DNA of 64,000 nt from Octopus bimaculoides (GCF_001194135.2 NC_068981.1:60586879-60650878), one strand, 5' to 3'. Positions 39,915 to 54,574 are shown, counted from the stretch's first letter. Translations and numbers: made by a program. The notes: generated from the sequence alone by a model not told the origin.

Positions 39915-41399
39915 TATAATATTGTAGCGTGTGTTGATTTTGTTGCTGCCAACTTGACGTCTACTCAACTTAAATTATAGGTCCTCGCTCTTTCGCATCT
40001 GTAATCCCTTAGTAATTCCTGGAGACTGCTACGGAGAATGATTTCTCAACAGAAGTGCTGTGGTATGAAACACTCTCGTTATCCGCAGCAGTCATATTAC
40101 AGAAATATATGTGTGTGGGAGCATGTGCAGGTGTGTTCTTGTTAGTATGTGCGTGGGCGTGTATGTTTATACATGTATACTTATACATACATATATATAT
40201 TCATATACGAATGTGTAAATGACTTCAAACACTAATTAGATTTTTGATTTACTGAATAATTTACGTCAACCTACACATACTCTATAAAGTAAAGTAGATT
40301 ATAATAGTTTCATTCTAAAGATTACACAACTTGCAAAATTACCATGTCTAAAAGTTACGAAATGTTAATCTGCATGCTAACAGAGAAAGCTCCAAACATA
40401 TTTTAAGCCGTTTAATCTATGAAACTTGTGATTAAACTAAAGATAATTACCTCCCTCAAGTCTGATATTTTTCTTTCTAGCGACAAACAGACTGAGAATA
40501 CATGAACTTATTATTTAATAGTATTAAGCTTATAATAATAGTTCTTTTTACATTCCCTTTATTTTGTCTTAATTTATTTCAATATATTTTTGTAAATGTT
40601 CAAATAGAAAATTTCATTGTCACAGATTTCCCACATATTTTTTAAAAATATTTTTAAACAATATTCCAATCTGCATGTTTGTGAACAATAATAACTTTAA
40701 TAAATTGGAAATTAACGTTATTTTGATGCATTCACATCATTTACTATATAGTTTTTGCTGTCATGTTTCTAATTTTGTGATTTATAAATCTTCTTTCTCT
40801 GACAATCAATTGTAAACACGCAAGTTTACTACTTTGAATGATTTGAAAGATGAAAATTATTTTCTGTTAAGTAAATATTTTCTAGAATTTCCGATTCATT
40901 ATGAAATTATTTTCCTTATTATTGCTATTATTCAAATCGGTGTATTTCGAAGAGAATTAGTTGTGTTTAACATATTGTACTCTTTTACTCCCGGAACAAC
41001 CATCTTGTCATAACATACATCGAATTAGCTAAATGGGAAAATATTCTTACTTCCATCTTGTATTGCAACTCAGTTTATTGTATCCATTATCCTTTATAGC
41101 TTATGCATATTAAAAAAAAAGAGAAAATAGAACTCTAATTTTATTTTTGAATTTACCGCCACATCGTAATTATCCTGTTATTATCTAACATGATTTAAAT
41201 CTACTCGATGTAAAAGACTTTTGTACTTCTGGAAGGTCTAAGATACCGTTAATTTAAAATACCGTTTAAAATACCGTTAATTTAAAATACCGTCAATCTA
41301 AAATCCCGTTAAATGCATTACATTTAAAAAATCATACTGTATATATTTATAACAGACGGTCAGACATCCATGGCTGAGCAGAGCATCATCCCTGTATAG

Positions 41400-42310
41400 A
41401 TCTCCGGATAGGTTAGGGAAGTGCTGGTTTATCTGATAAAGAAGGAGCCAAGTAGGTGAAGGAACCCATGGTTATATCGAAGAGATCTATAGAGGAATTA
41501 CGGGACCACGACCGTTGAAGGTACCCTGAAGGGCCCCCATAAGTTCTTTTCAATTATATTCTTTGTCTCTTTTTTAGATGTGATTCTTCTTAGATGCAAA
41601 CCTATATTACCCTTGCCATAAATCGAATGAGTTGTTATCAATGTCCCATCTAATCAACTTAGATTTGCCCTTAACCGCCACATCTCGTGTTTCTATCGGG
41701 ATTTCTAACCTATCAGTTAAGGAAGATATCTTTAATAATCTTGTACCGTACAGCAACCAGGTTTTCCCCGGTAGCAGCTATTGTGAGATGATCTCCTATA
41801 TTCTCCATACTAGTCTACAAACAAAACTCGTACTTCCCTTTCTCAGTGCGGAATCTAAGCCCACCAAGTTTGCCTCTACTCTTACACATCCTGCCACCCT
41901 GCCACATAATTCCTCTTCGGCCAGTACTCGCTTGATATTCCGACCACTTCGGTTGTTTAATAATTTCCAACTTCCCCAGGGTAGCCGGTCTGTCACTACG
42001 CCGCATTCTAAGCCCTCCAAGGGCAGAAAACTGAAAATCTTATTGTTTGCGCCAAGATTCTATCGCCAGGTTAAATCTTTAGCCAAGCTATTTTTCAAAA
42101 TCCTAAGCTCTAATTTACTACCACACCATACATATTACTCTTAAATAAATCTTTAAGTAAAATCTATTTTACTACAGCACCAAATATGGGATCTATAATT
42201 GCCTCTACTAAGCGCAAATTTAGCCGCCTTACTGTGGGCTCTACCCCCAGATACTAATACAATGAGCTTCGTGAAACCTACCAAGCTCAATAATAGCAAC
42301 CCTGGGAACC
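41400..42310 (-). mobile_element. Probable heavily decayed non-LTR retrotransposon remnant (RTE-like), uncertain
   Basis: GC-richer island; the minus strand gives KTWLLYG...DRLEI...IRWDIDNN, loosely like the RTE post-RT region. No diagnostic catalytic motif seen. Confidence 0.3.
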
Positions 42311-42439
42311 CTGTGTGCACGTCTATCCTTCTGAATATATGAAGACATATGTCTCTATGTTATACGCAGATACATACATATTGTTATATGTATCAGACCT
42401 AATTGTATTTCTCTGTGTCACTACCTCTCTTCTGTCTGT

Positions 42440-42638
42440 CTGTCTAGATCGCTGACCACGACATTCAAATTTTTTTCTCCGTGTTTTTCTCCTTGTTTTT
42501 CTCCGTATTCTTTCTGTTGAAGAGCGTAGCTCGAAACATTAAAAACTTTCTCTATTCCCGAGCGTTAAACTAATATATCCTTGTGTTGCTTACACCACCT
42601 GTCCTCGTCTGTTGTTGTTTCTTTTCGGAAATGCTCCC
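42440..42638 (+). mobile_element. Short repeat with a Penelope-type minimal hammerhead-like motif, ending at (TA)n
   Basis: CTGTTGA-A-GAGC-gta-GCTC-GAAAC at 42514-42537. A related degenerate minus copy with GAAACGTTA lies near 17441-17451. Confidence 0.4.
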
Positions 42639-43705
42639 ATATATATATATATATATATATATATTCAGAGAAATACGTACGTCTAAGTTTGCGCGCGTGA
42701 TCTTAACTTTCTACTGGTTTCCAGACATTTCAGAATGGCAGTTATTTGACAAAGATTCTAAGGTTTTTGTCGGAGGCATCTCAGACTCTTCCAAACAATT
42801 ACAACTTTTCTTTTACTAACAATTTTCATCCCTACATGGCTGTGCTTCAAACTCTCATTATATTATAGACATATATGTAATATTATGTTGTATTAACTTA
42901 GGAATATGACGTGGGCTTCCACAAATTGCAGCACTAGTCTAGTATAATCTTTTAGAAGTAGTTTCGGTCAAGCTCAGGTATATATTCTTTATGCCACATC
43001 ATTAGCCACTAGTTGAAAATTATCTTTCGATTGTGATATTTAACTGTATTTTCTTTATGTTCGCTAATAGAATGAACCAGATTTAAGTGTGTACATATGA
43101 ATATAGTTGCACGCACATATCAGTTTTCATTGTGCTACAAATGCTGTGATCATCTTTATTGCATATATGGAAACACGCACGAATAGTGACGCATTCTCTT
43201 TTTTAAAAAAAGGTTTAGTTTATTGTTATAATATGCATGCATACGTAGTATGTATTTCCTTTTGACATTTATTATTCATATTTTGAAATCAGTATTTATT
43301 GTTAATGCGGTTCATGTGGTTATTGTTATTTTGAATTTGGATAACAAGCGGTTTATCATATCACACTGAAAAGTTTTTAAAGTTAACACAAAAATAAGTG
43401 ACAAAAACTACAGAAAATGTAAAAAGGCATATTTCACCTTGCCTACTACATGTCATTGTCTCAGAATCCATACAAAAGTTTGCCAGCGATGGTAGGGGTC
43501 GCAAAGTTCACTTTGAGGAGCATTGCTTTTGTTGAACATGAACATATAACGTAATTAATTTAACTAGAAGTACATGTATTTGGATTTCATTTGTCGAACT
43601 GCTGAAATACTAATACACGCTCAGACACTGATCAAGCAATGTGTATAGATACACATACATACATTCATATGCATACATTTTTTTCGGAGTTATAAGCAAA
43701 ATTAG

Positions 43706-43756
<51 letters not shown>

Positions 43757-44323
43757 NNNNNNNNNNNNNNNNNNNNNNNNNNNNNNNNNNNNNNNNNNNN
43801 NNNNNNNNNNNNNNNNNNNNNNNNNNNNNNNNNNNNNNNNNNNNNNNNNNNNNNNNNNNNNNNNNNNNNNNNNNNNNNNNNNNNNNNNNNNNNNNNNNNN
43901 NNNNNNNNNNNNNNNNNNNNNNNNNNNNNNNNNNNNNNNNNNNNNNNNNNNNNNNNNNNNNNNNNNNNNNNNNNNNNNNNNNNNNNNNNNNNNNNNNNNN
44001 NNNNNNNNNNNNNNNNNNNNNNNNNNNNNNNNNNNNNNNNNNNNNNNNNNNNNNNNNNNNNNNNNNNNNNNNNNNNNNNNNNNNNNNNNNNNNNNNNNNN
44101 NNNNNNNNNNNNNNNNNNNNNNNNNNNNNNNNNNNNNNNNNNNNNNNNNNNNNNNNNNNNNNNNNNNNNNNNNNNNNNNNNNNNNNNNNNNNNNNNNNNN
44201 NNNNNNNNNNNNNNNNNNNNNNNNNNNNNNNNNNNNNNNNNNNNNNNNNNNNNNNNNNNNNNNNNNNNNNNNNNNNNNNNNNNNNNNNNNNNNNNNNNNN
44301 NNNNNNNNNNNNNNNNNNNNNNN

Positions 44324-44358
<35 letters not shown>

Positions 44359-44789
44359 ACCGTATGTGTGTGTGTGTATGCGTTTAACATGGATGCGAAT
44401 ATAGTTATGTATAAGTGTTGTTTTGCAGGAAGTTATTACACAGACACACGTATATATGTATAACTTCTCACTAACCACGACTCTATAAGGAAGTATATTT
44501 TTATTCCTATCATAAAATAAGTCCCATAAATTCATTCATAAAATGCCTTGATTTTCCTGTACAGGGACACACTCACATACAGCAAATGCATACGGACAAA
44601 AATGAATTGCGAAGAGGGGCGGAGCTTCAAATACAGAGAACAACATTATCTTACATAAGTTAATTAGTTGAATAATACTGCAAGTTTCGGTCCTGCACAC
44701 CAATACCCACACATGTGTATGTGTGTGTGTGAGCGTGCGTTTGTGTGTATGTACGTGTGTGCGCGCGCGTATATGTAGTNNNNNNNNNN

Positions 44790-44832
<43 letters not shown>

Positions 44833-45081
44833 TGTGTGTGTGTGTGTCTGTGTATGAGTGTGTTTCTGGGTATTTTTATAGCCGCACCTTCATATTTAAA
44901 AACCAGTGACTTGCGGCAGCAATTATGTTTTAGAATAAGGCTAGCATAGTTAATTTTATACATCGTAAAACCTAAAACAACAAAGTACTTCACTTTATTT
45001 TTAGATATCTCAATATCATGAATAGGGCGCAATCGTTGCTCATAAACAATCGGTAGCTTGTACACAAAAGCATATGATGAG

Positions 45082-45116
<35 letters not shown>

Positions 45117-45304
45117 GGGAGAGAGAGANNNNNNNNNNGGGGTGGGGGAGACAGAGACAGAGACAGACAGACAGACAGACATAGAGAGACAGAGAAAAAG
45201 AGAAGCGGGATAAGAGAGAAATATGGTAGTGGATAGAGACACACCTATACTCTCACACACAGACATAGACACACATCTACCCAACCAACTATCCATCACT
45301 TCTA

Positions 45305-46600
45305 CTCACTTTTCTTAGGATGGTCATTGGGGCAGAATTCTCCTCCATAGGGTCCTACCAGAATCGACGAAATGGTTATAAGCAACTGAAGATATGGGTA
45401 TTATCCAGCCACCTCGTCCTTGCCCTACACTTAGGTCTCATACCGGTTGGCTTGTCTTGAAAAATCTGTCTTGTGATTCTTTCCTGCAATACGCTTATCA
45501 TATATCCCTTATCCCGGACCTGTGACATCTCACTGCACAGAAGTAGAGGTTCAATCTGGTGAGGCTTCTGATTTCTGAGCTACGCAGCTTGTTAAGTAAC
45601 ACTACCCCAGCGACCCTTTGCAGGAACCTTATTTCGTCCGTTTGTATTCGAAATCGCACTCTCACGGTCATTAACCAATATTCATGAACATAGGTAAGAA
45701 GACGCCTGAATTGAAGAATGCTAGTTTAATTTTTGACCAACCTCTCTTCTTCAGAGGATCGAATCCTGGATCTGGCGCATTATCTAAATTAAGCCTTCTT
45801 CTACATCCCATCAATCATGAATACGTCTCTGAGATACTTAAACATCTGTACTTTTCTCAGGTATATTTCATTAACATGCCAAGTACATTGGGACGAGTTT
45901 CTTCAGAGGACCAATATCTTAGTCTTCGTAACACTAATTCTGAACCGTATCTTGTAGAACTCAGCAACGAACCCATTTAGTGCATGATGAAGACCCCTTT
46001 CAGATGAACCAGGTAACGCTATGTCATCTCCAAAAAATTAGCCAATTGTTCTACCATTTACAAAATAGTTACGTGCATGTTGAAGCTTAGCATGCACATT
46101 GAAATGTTCCAGCATTGTATCATTTATCTGACACAAATATCTGGGTATTCATAAAAGGATCAGAAATTGTCCCATTGATCCCAACCTCCTGCAAAACCCT
46201 TTACAGTATGTTCTGCGACCCGCAGTCATATGTCTTTACGATGTCTACAAGGTAAGCGTACACCTCTTGACAATTTTCAAAGACCTGTCGTAGAATTTCT
46301 CGTCGATTGGGTCCGAGATGGAAGCGACATTATTCTCTAGAAAACTTGAGCAAGAAAATGTTACTATATCTCCTTTCCAGACACCCTGCATAGACTTTTA
46401 ACAAGGAAATTCCTCTATAGTTAGAGCGCTCTCTACTTTTAGAAGAACTGGGATCATCCTCCCGGATTTCCATTGTCTTTTTTGTCTTTCCTGAGGTCTA
46501 GTATAAACGACTCGTGAAGAGAATACCTTCTGTATTTAATTCTTTTAACATCCCAGACGGAACATCATCCTAACCAGCGTATATAGTGACATCAGGATCT
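45305..46600 (-). mobile_element. Decayed RTE-clade LINE (RT domain to 3' end)
   Basis: NYRGISLL, LVDIVKTYD, FFGDDIALPGSSERGLHHALNGF, QVFKYL and RTRWLD on the minus strand. Confidence 0.88.
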
Positions 46601-47581
46601 ATGTTGCAAAGCACTGTGAGATCTACTTAAGAAATCTCGTCATTATTAAGGTTAAGTTAATGAATATTTAAATTTCATTCGACATGAAGTTTATTGCGCA
46701 AATTAATAACCAAGATGTTATTACTTCAGAGGAGAATGTTGCTCCCTTGCAAAATGTTAGTGTTTATTGAATCTAATATATTTTAGCCAATCATAATTAA
46801 CTCGCTATTTAAGAGATTAGTAAAATAATAATGGCGTGATAGCAGAAATTCTACTCTATTATCTTTCATTAACACGAAAGGAAAATTTTAAACATAAAGT
46901 TGTATGTAGTTTTGGCTTTTGTGTATGATATTGTGTTCGTGTCTGTATGTACGTATGCTGTGTATGCTGTATATGATTATGTGCGTCAGCGTTTGTGACT
47001 GTGCATGTGTATTTTAAATATTTACACTTTTGTGTGTTTTGATAATTTTCTAACGCACCGTATAGGTCTCTCGTGTCAGTATGTAGATTTACGATCACAT
47101 ATAAAAGAACATTTCATTTCTATATTTGTACACAGTCACCTCTTGAGTATATGAAATGGTTTTTGTTCAATACTCATCTCCCACAGAGGAGAACAACAGG
47201 TCATTACTTTATGTCAGATCCAGGTTTGAGATTATGTAAAAGAGACTACTCTTCTGTCTGATGCACATTACATACAATTATGCCTATTTAATGCCGCATT
47301 TGTCAGTGTGTTATGACTTGTGTCTATAGACGTTTTAGCTATATATCTGGCGACACATATGACAGATTCATTTCAGCGATAACGCGCACATAGCATCTGT
47401 TTATAAAATTGCAAAATATCCGTATCTCTTTCCTTCTTTCTTTCTTTACCTATCTCTCAGTCTTATTTCTTTCCTCACTTTCTGTCTGTATCACATGTGT
47501 GTGTGTGTGTGTACATTTACTTATGTATGCCCGTACGTATGGGTGTACATACGTATTTATATGTGTGTGTATGTGTATGTA

Positions 47582-47614
<33 letters not shown>

Positions 47615-48239
47615 NNNNNNNNNNNNNNNNNNNNNNNNNNNNNNNNNNNNNNNNNNNNNNNNNNNNNNNNNNNNNNNNNNNNNNNNNNNNNNNNNNNNNN
47701 NNNNNNNNNNNNNNNNNNNNNNNNNNNNNNNNNNNNNNNNNNNNNNNNNNNNNNNNNNNNNNNNNNNNNNNNNNNNNNNNNNNNNNNNNNNNNNNNNNNN
47801 NNNNNNNNNNNNNNNNNNNNNNNNNNNNNNNNNNNNNNNNNNNNNNNNNNNNNNNNNNNNNNNNNNNNNNNNNNNNNNNNNNNNNNNNNNNNNNNNNNNN
47901 NNNNNNNNNNNNNNNNNNNNNNNNNNNNNNNNNNNNNNNNNNNNNNNNNNNNNNNNNNNNNNNNNNNNNNNNNNNNNNNNNNNNNNNNNNNNNNNNNNNN
48001 NNNNNNNNNNNNNNNNNNNNNNNNNNNNNNNNNNNNNNNNNNNNNNNNNNNNNNNNNNNNNNNNNNNNNNNNNNNNNNNNNNNNNNNNNNNNNNNNNNNN
48101 NNNNNNNNNNNNNNNNNNNNNNNNNNNNNNNNNNNNNNNNNNNNNNNNNNNNNNNNNNNNNNNNNNNNNNNNNNNNNNNNNNNNNNNNNNNNNNNNNNNN
48201 NNNNNNNNNNNNNNNNNNNNNNNNNNNNNNNNNNNTATA

Positions 48240-48271
<32 letters not shown>

Positions 48272-48384
48272 GCATGTATTAATAGTAATGGTATGACAAC
48301 AAAAGAATGAATGAGACCACGAGAATACGTAAATAGAAAAATATTTCTCACATATTATATAACAGATATATATATATATAATGG

Positions 48385-49965
48385 AAAAATAATAGTCTGA
48401 TGACTATTGAACAAATGGCAACATGGACTAGAATGATGTTGAAGCCCCCAAAATCTTGGAGTATGGTGGTTAGGAATGGCAAGTAAGAAGCAAAAAGCCT
48501 GCAAGCGGAAGGAGAGGCCTTTCCATCAGCGGGGGAAAATCCTATCATATGCCTTAGGTTTCCTATCGGACAGAATCAATGTCACCAATACTGAGAATCA
48601 AGCAAGGGAGTAGCTGAGGAGGATTGAAAGATCAGGGTTTCCAGAAAAAATACATGGCGTAGCCGTAGTAACACGGACTAATTTCAAGACTCATATTTTT
48701 GTTGATAGTATATTAGATTCCAATGACAAGCGTGGAAAGTGTGGAAAGGGTGGTCAACAACTACAACTCCTCCTGTCATCTTTAATGGAGTAATACGAAT
48801 TCGCTCAATGTAGTACTGTAATAGCGTACAGAGACTAGAAGGATGAGGATCAGATATATTGGTATTACAACAAGGTCCGGGTGAAAGTTAGAGCTAGCAC
48901 CACAGTTGTACCGGCTGAAAGCATGCTGAAGCAATGTGACATTTATTCGATTTACCTGCAGATGGCGACAGGGTCACTTGTCTTTTCCTTTTTAACAATG
49001 GAAGAAGGCGGACACTAAGGAGAACAGAGCTATGATTCGGGCAGAAGTGCAGAACGATTAGGAAGAAAGACAATGGTTAAAATTTGTGAAGAGAGTATCT
49101 CAGGGTGCCTGGACTAAACGGGACCTCCCTAAGAAGAATGTGACTTGGACAGATCTGTAATGACGGGAGCCTTTTCGAATCTCCTTCCTGCTGCGGGTAG
49201 TGTATGACACACACCCAACGCCAACAAACCTGCACAAATGGGGTTTGAGAGATGACCAGCTTTGTAGATTTTGTGGAGAAACGGGCACGCTGGCACACAT
49301 ATTACCAGGATACAAAGTAGTGCTTTCACAAAGGAAATACAGGTGGTGCCATGATATGTTGCTTACAAGACTCTCTAACACACTGCAACAGGAAAGGCTC
49401 AAGAAACATCACCATCAAGAGAAAGCAACACCCACAATTAAGTTTGTGAAAGAGGAAGAGAGGTGGCAAGGACAAAAAAAAGACACATAGCTTACTACAT
49501 GGATCCTAATCACAGAATATGAAAGTGGATCTGGACAAGAGGCTGTAGTTTCCCCAGGTTGTCCATACAACCGAGGCCAGGTGAGATTCTGTGGTCTGAA
49601 AAGATCAAGAAAATGATTTTGATTGAGCTTACAGTCCCATGGGAAGAAATGTCTGATTAGGCTCTCGAATTGAAGCATATCAAGTATGAGAGCCTTCTGA
49701 ACGACTGCAGGGAGAAAGGATAGCAGTTACGCCTTTTCCTAGTCGAGGCTAGCTGTAGGGGGTTCCTTCCCAGTCGGTATGCAGGATGCCTGTCGGTATC
49801 CAGGATGACTGTTGTTAGTTATGGTGCAAGAGAGATGAGGTAAGCTGGAAACCAGGAGAAGATGAGGAGCAGCGATTTGGCCACCTCTGCTTACCCACTA
49901 ACGGGAGCATGTTACGCTTCAGGATCGAAACACCCAATAATCGTTGGATACCTTCTGATGACATT
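48385..49965 (+). mobile_element. Decayed HERO-type RLE non-LTR retrotransposon (RT thumb, zinc knuckle, RLE, 3' UTR)
   Basis: WTRMMLKPPKSWSMVV, YDTHPTPTNLHKWG...LCRFCGETGTLAHIL...YRWCHD, KVDLDKRL*FP and LIELTVPWEE...KYESL...CREKG...VEASCRGF. Confidence 0.87.
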
Positions 49966-52299
49966 CTTCCTCCTGGTCAAAGATCTGTCTACATTGGTGA
50001 GAGAAAAAAGTACCCACTTTGAGTAAACACCTTGTAAGATGCTGTGTAAATCTCATCCACAGTTTTTCGTTACCTGATGTCATCACTCTAATAAAACATA
50101 CACACGTACACACACACCCATACGCACGCACTTACATACCCACACAAACGCACACAAACGCACACAAACACACACGCACACACATGTGCACACATTTATT
50201 GTTTTATTTTGTTTATCAGTTTATAGAAATCAATCAAACATTTACCAAAATTGGGACTCTATACTTTAAATGTGTGTGTGCGTGTGTATGTGTGCGCGCG
50301 CGCGTGTGTGTGTGTGTGTGTGTTTGTGTATGTGTATGTTTGTGTGCGTATCGTACCATAAAAAAAACTGAAATGATTTTTTTCCTTTTTCCTCTTACTC
50401 TCGCTTTGAATCACTCCATCACCTCTTCACTGTCGACAATAATGGTTACCTTACAGTAATAGATGCCGGTGGCTAACTTATATCACCGCTTCCGAGAATG
50501 CTGTTGTATTGAATGTCAGTAACATTTTGACCGAATCATCATCATCATCATCATCAACTTTTAATGTCCGTTTTCTATATTGTCATGGATCGAACGGTTT
50601 GACCAGAGATAGAAAGCAAGAGAACTGCAGTAGGTTCTAATCTAAATTTGACTGGCTTCTGCAGCTGGATGTCCTTCCTAACTAACGGCCAACTACTTTA
50701 CAGTGTCAGCTGGGTGCTTTTAACGTGGCACCGCATGTAACTTTTCAAGCTAGTTCATAGAATAACTCATATATTTGCGCCAAATTCATTTTATCCAACT
50801 TTTTTTTTCTCCTTTATCAATTGTACTGTTGTGACGCACACCAAACAATATAATATCAAGTATTATGTACACCAAACGTTTGGAAATATCTTTCATTTAA
50901 CATCATAAGCAGGTTATTGACTTACATATTGTTCCTTCTAACAACATATCCACTATACATGTGATATCAACATTCACTCCATACCCTTCTACTCTTAGAT
51001 ACGATGCCCTTTAACCCAATCTCCTCTCACAGGACATACATTAAACAATAATAACAGTGTTAATTGAATATACGATGTTGTTTCTTTTTACAGATCAACA
51101 AAACAATCATTTCATGTATCAAACAAACAGTCTTATATATCAACCTCTTTAGTCATGACCGACATACAAGTAAAACATCAAAAGTTTACTCCTGACAATT
51201 TCTTTTTATTTCGCATGCCCACTACACATTTATATGATTGGCAAAAAGCATCACTCGGACCTAAATTCTTTTTGTAAACTCAGGAATGTTTCAGCGTTGA
51301 TAAGATACAGAATCTTTCGCTTATGAGAAACATGAAATTATAGGCATTAGTGTTTTGCTTACATATATAATGTGGTGCCACTACTCCACACACAACACCA
51401 TCGGGAAGTAACTTTCAACCATAACCTTATAGAAATCTCGTTTACATTCTTTGAATTTTCTCTGGCTATTAATGTAGATCATGTTCTGTTGAGCTAGTGA
51501 GTCATATATCCTTTTAACTCAGGATGACATTTATCTCAGCACCAGATCATCCCTATTATGTTTCGCCTGTCATATTCACTCAGTTGAAAAATTTCACTCA
51601 GCTTTCACTCTCCAGAAATACTGATTACTGACTTTCGTCCAACGATCTATGATTCCCTACTAGCAATCAAACCAAAAATTGACAGCAGCACTTTCAACAT
51701 TTGTAACGGCGTGCAAATATCTAATAAATCTCAAATGGCTTAGTCTACCTTGTTGGAGATGAGTACGTTACGCTTAAAAAAATTGCGATACTTAAGAGAC
51801 GAAAAAAAACTATGAAGCTAACAATATATCTATTATTTCTAGTATTGGACATACCCAGAGGACACATTGTTTCAATTAGCTAATTCGCTTAAAAAAAACA
51901 AAAAAACAGAACAACAATAAACTATATCTTTCATTAAAATTATTTAAGACCTCCGTATTTTGACTACTCGGGTATGTGTATGTTTGTGTGTGGGTATCAG
52001 CAAGTACACGCACACACACACACAAACACACACACTTACAAACACACACACTCACATACATACCAGAGTTACTTCCCAAAGGAAGCTGAGTATTCAATAT
52101 GTATTGTAGGAAACATCAGGTTGTATGAGCCTAGTGATTCCCTACACCAGTTCTGAAGTTTCCGTTTCATGTACTCGTTCCTGAATTCCATCGTCATCTT
52201 AATCGCCGCACCGATCGACGAATACTTAGTTGACGATTGAACAAATCCATAGATTCATGTATACATGTATGCATAAATCGTGAAAATGACTCGACTATC

Positions 52300-53200
52300 A
52301 ACAAAATTTTGGCTAAATGCAGCGATGTTATGCGGGGAGAAAGTCATTTACAATACCTCAGAACTCAACCGGTGACTACTTTATTGATCAGGGAAGGATG
52401 AACGGCAAAAGCCGACCTCAGCGGATTTTGAAAGTAATGAGTTGGAAGAAATGTCACAAAGCATTTTGTCTGACGTTCTAATAATTTTATCTGCTCGCTG
52501 ACCTGTAGTAATATTTTTTCCGCAATATGAACAAAGCCTGAAATTTGTGTGCTGGGGTATCTATTTCATTACATCAGTCTCATTGTTGTACTGGTACTTA
52601 TTTTGCCGACCACGGAAGGCAAATTCTTCTGCGGACTTTAAACTGAGAACTTAAAGAATTAAAAGAAATTCAAAAAGGACACTTCGCAGATACTCTAAAG
52701 ATTCTACAAGAACAGGCCCTTTATTGTTTATAACATAGAAACAAAATGTTTAAGTTGTGTGAGAGGGTTAGTCGATTAAATCTTCCCAAATACTTGATTG
52801 ATAATTTCTTTTGCTGACATAAATTGCAAAGATAGCATCGATGTCATTTGTTTCGATGTTTCTTCCAGATCCCACCCTTCTTTGTACCTGACACAAGACC
52901 AATAATGTGGAGAGGAGCATGGTGTTTCATTTCATCGACCCCGAAACAACGATCAAGTTAAATCGGTGGAATTGGAACACAGAAGGTAAAAACCTATAAT
53001 TGAAAACCACAAGTCATTTTGTTTCACTAACTGCCATCAAAGAAAGAGAGAAATTAATAGAAAAAGGAGGATATAATTATACCGACCACAGTATTGGATT
53101 AATGCATTTTTTATCGACTTCGGTAGGACAAATTACAAATTGGTAGTGTGATTATAATTCAGAAAATAAAGACAAATCAAATCCTGTAAGGCATTTTTGC
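52300..53200 (-). mobile_element. Cluster of about five co-oriented degenerate SINE-1 copies
   Basis: Repeated minus-strand SINE-1 blocks near 52300, 52525, 52755, 52925 and 53060. Confidence 0.6.
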
Positions 53201-53624
53201 GTCACTTTTACATTTCTGACAAAATAATATTACTATTATTATCAATAAATAATTAACATTATCGAATTTCTGATTTTGTGTTTATTTCAGTAAAAATTAT
53301 TACTGTTATATTTTGGTGTTGCATTCCGTCTACTTCTCGGGCCTATTATTCTTGCTGTTGTTGTTGCTCTTGTTGTTTTGTCAGATAAGATCCCAGGAGA
53401 ACCATGGCTCAGAAAAATCCAAAATATTGTGCTGACAAGCACTGCCAACATCCTTAGAAAACCCTATTAATTTAAATGTCTGTGTTGTATTGCATGAATA
53501 TATTTCGCTACTGCCATGACACTTCCCCTCGTCAAGCTTTCAGTCATACTCTAACATCTCTTATCGTTCACTTGCTCAGGACGCTGGGTGTGTGTCGGCA
53601 AGTGATTGTAATAGAAATGCAGAT

Positions 53625-53771
<147 letters not shown>

Positions 53772-53919
53772 AGAAAGGATTGAGGTAACTCCTCCTGAAG
53801 ATATAGAGTTAAAATTAAAAGAAGAGTGCCATTGTTATCTAGTGAACGATATTTCGACATTTTGTGTGTCTTCAACTGATTCAAAAAATAAATTTGTCAA
53901 TCTACTTCATTATGACCGT

Positions 53920-54060
53920 CTGTCTTTACGTTCTGAGTTCAAATTCTGCGGAGGTCGACTTTACAAATCGTCCTTCCGGGGTCGTTAAATTAAGTACCAT
54001 TTGTGTACTTGGGTCGTTCTAATCAACTGGCTCCCTCCCCACAAAAAATTTCAGGCTTGG
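53920..54060 (+). mobile_element. SINE family 1, 5'-truncated
   Basis: gttctgagttcaaattctgcggaggtcgacttt (box B) and the shared body. Confidence 0.82.
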
Positions 54061-54234
54061 AAAAGTATATTGTGACAGTTACAGAATATAGAAAGTAATG
54101 TAACACTAATGACTATGTAATACAAGCAAAATATCCCAGTTACACAAACGTAAACGGAATTACTATTTAACGTTAAAATACATATTCAAAGGACCTTCTT
54201 GGTGTAGTGGTACGGAATGTTTTTCTGATATTGT

Positions 54235-54430
54235 TTTACTTATTTCAGTCATTTGATGGCGGCCATGCTGGAGTACCACCATTTAATCGAAGAAATTGAC
54301 CCCTGGACTTATTCCCTATAAGCCTGGTGCTTATTCTATCAGTCTCTGCTTCTGAACAGCTAAATTACAGGGACGCAAACGAACCAACATCGATTGCCAA
54401 GCAATGGTGGCGGTAGGACAAACACAGGCA
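54235..54430 (-). mobile_element. SINE family 2, 3' half
   Basis: Reverse complement of the 3' part of 7757-8230 (ggccatgctggag, cttattctatc). Confidence 0.8.
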
Positions 54431-54574
54431 TAAACACACACACAAACACATACACACATACATACATACATATATATATATATNNNNNNNNNNTATATAT
54501 ATATGTCGGGCTTGGAAGTAGTGGTAATGCTGGTTGATGCGATTTTGTGATCTGCTGGTATGCTGAGAGAGATC

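Noticed and set aside
41240-41310. Short tandem of an about 16-bp unit (taaaataccgttaatt)
   Set aside because: Only 3-4 imperfect units, consistent with ordinary slippage.
42715-42819. RRM RNP2-like word KVFVGGIS
   Set aside because: A stop follows 13 codons later, with no RNP1 and no suitable donor; probably chance.
49915-49975. GAAAC...CTGATGA in the HERO 3' UTR as a type II hammerhead
   Set aside because: I could not build stem I or a convincing stem II closure.
50372-50476. Cadherin-like peptide LFTVDNNGYLTVI
   Set aside because: The 34-codon frame is bounded by stops, with no upstream splice acceptor.
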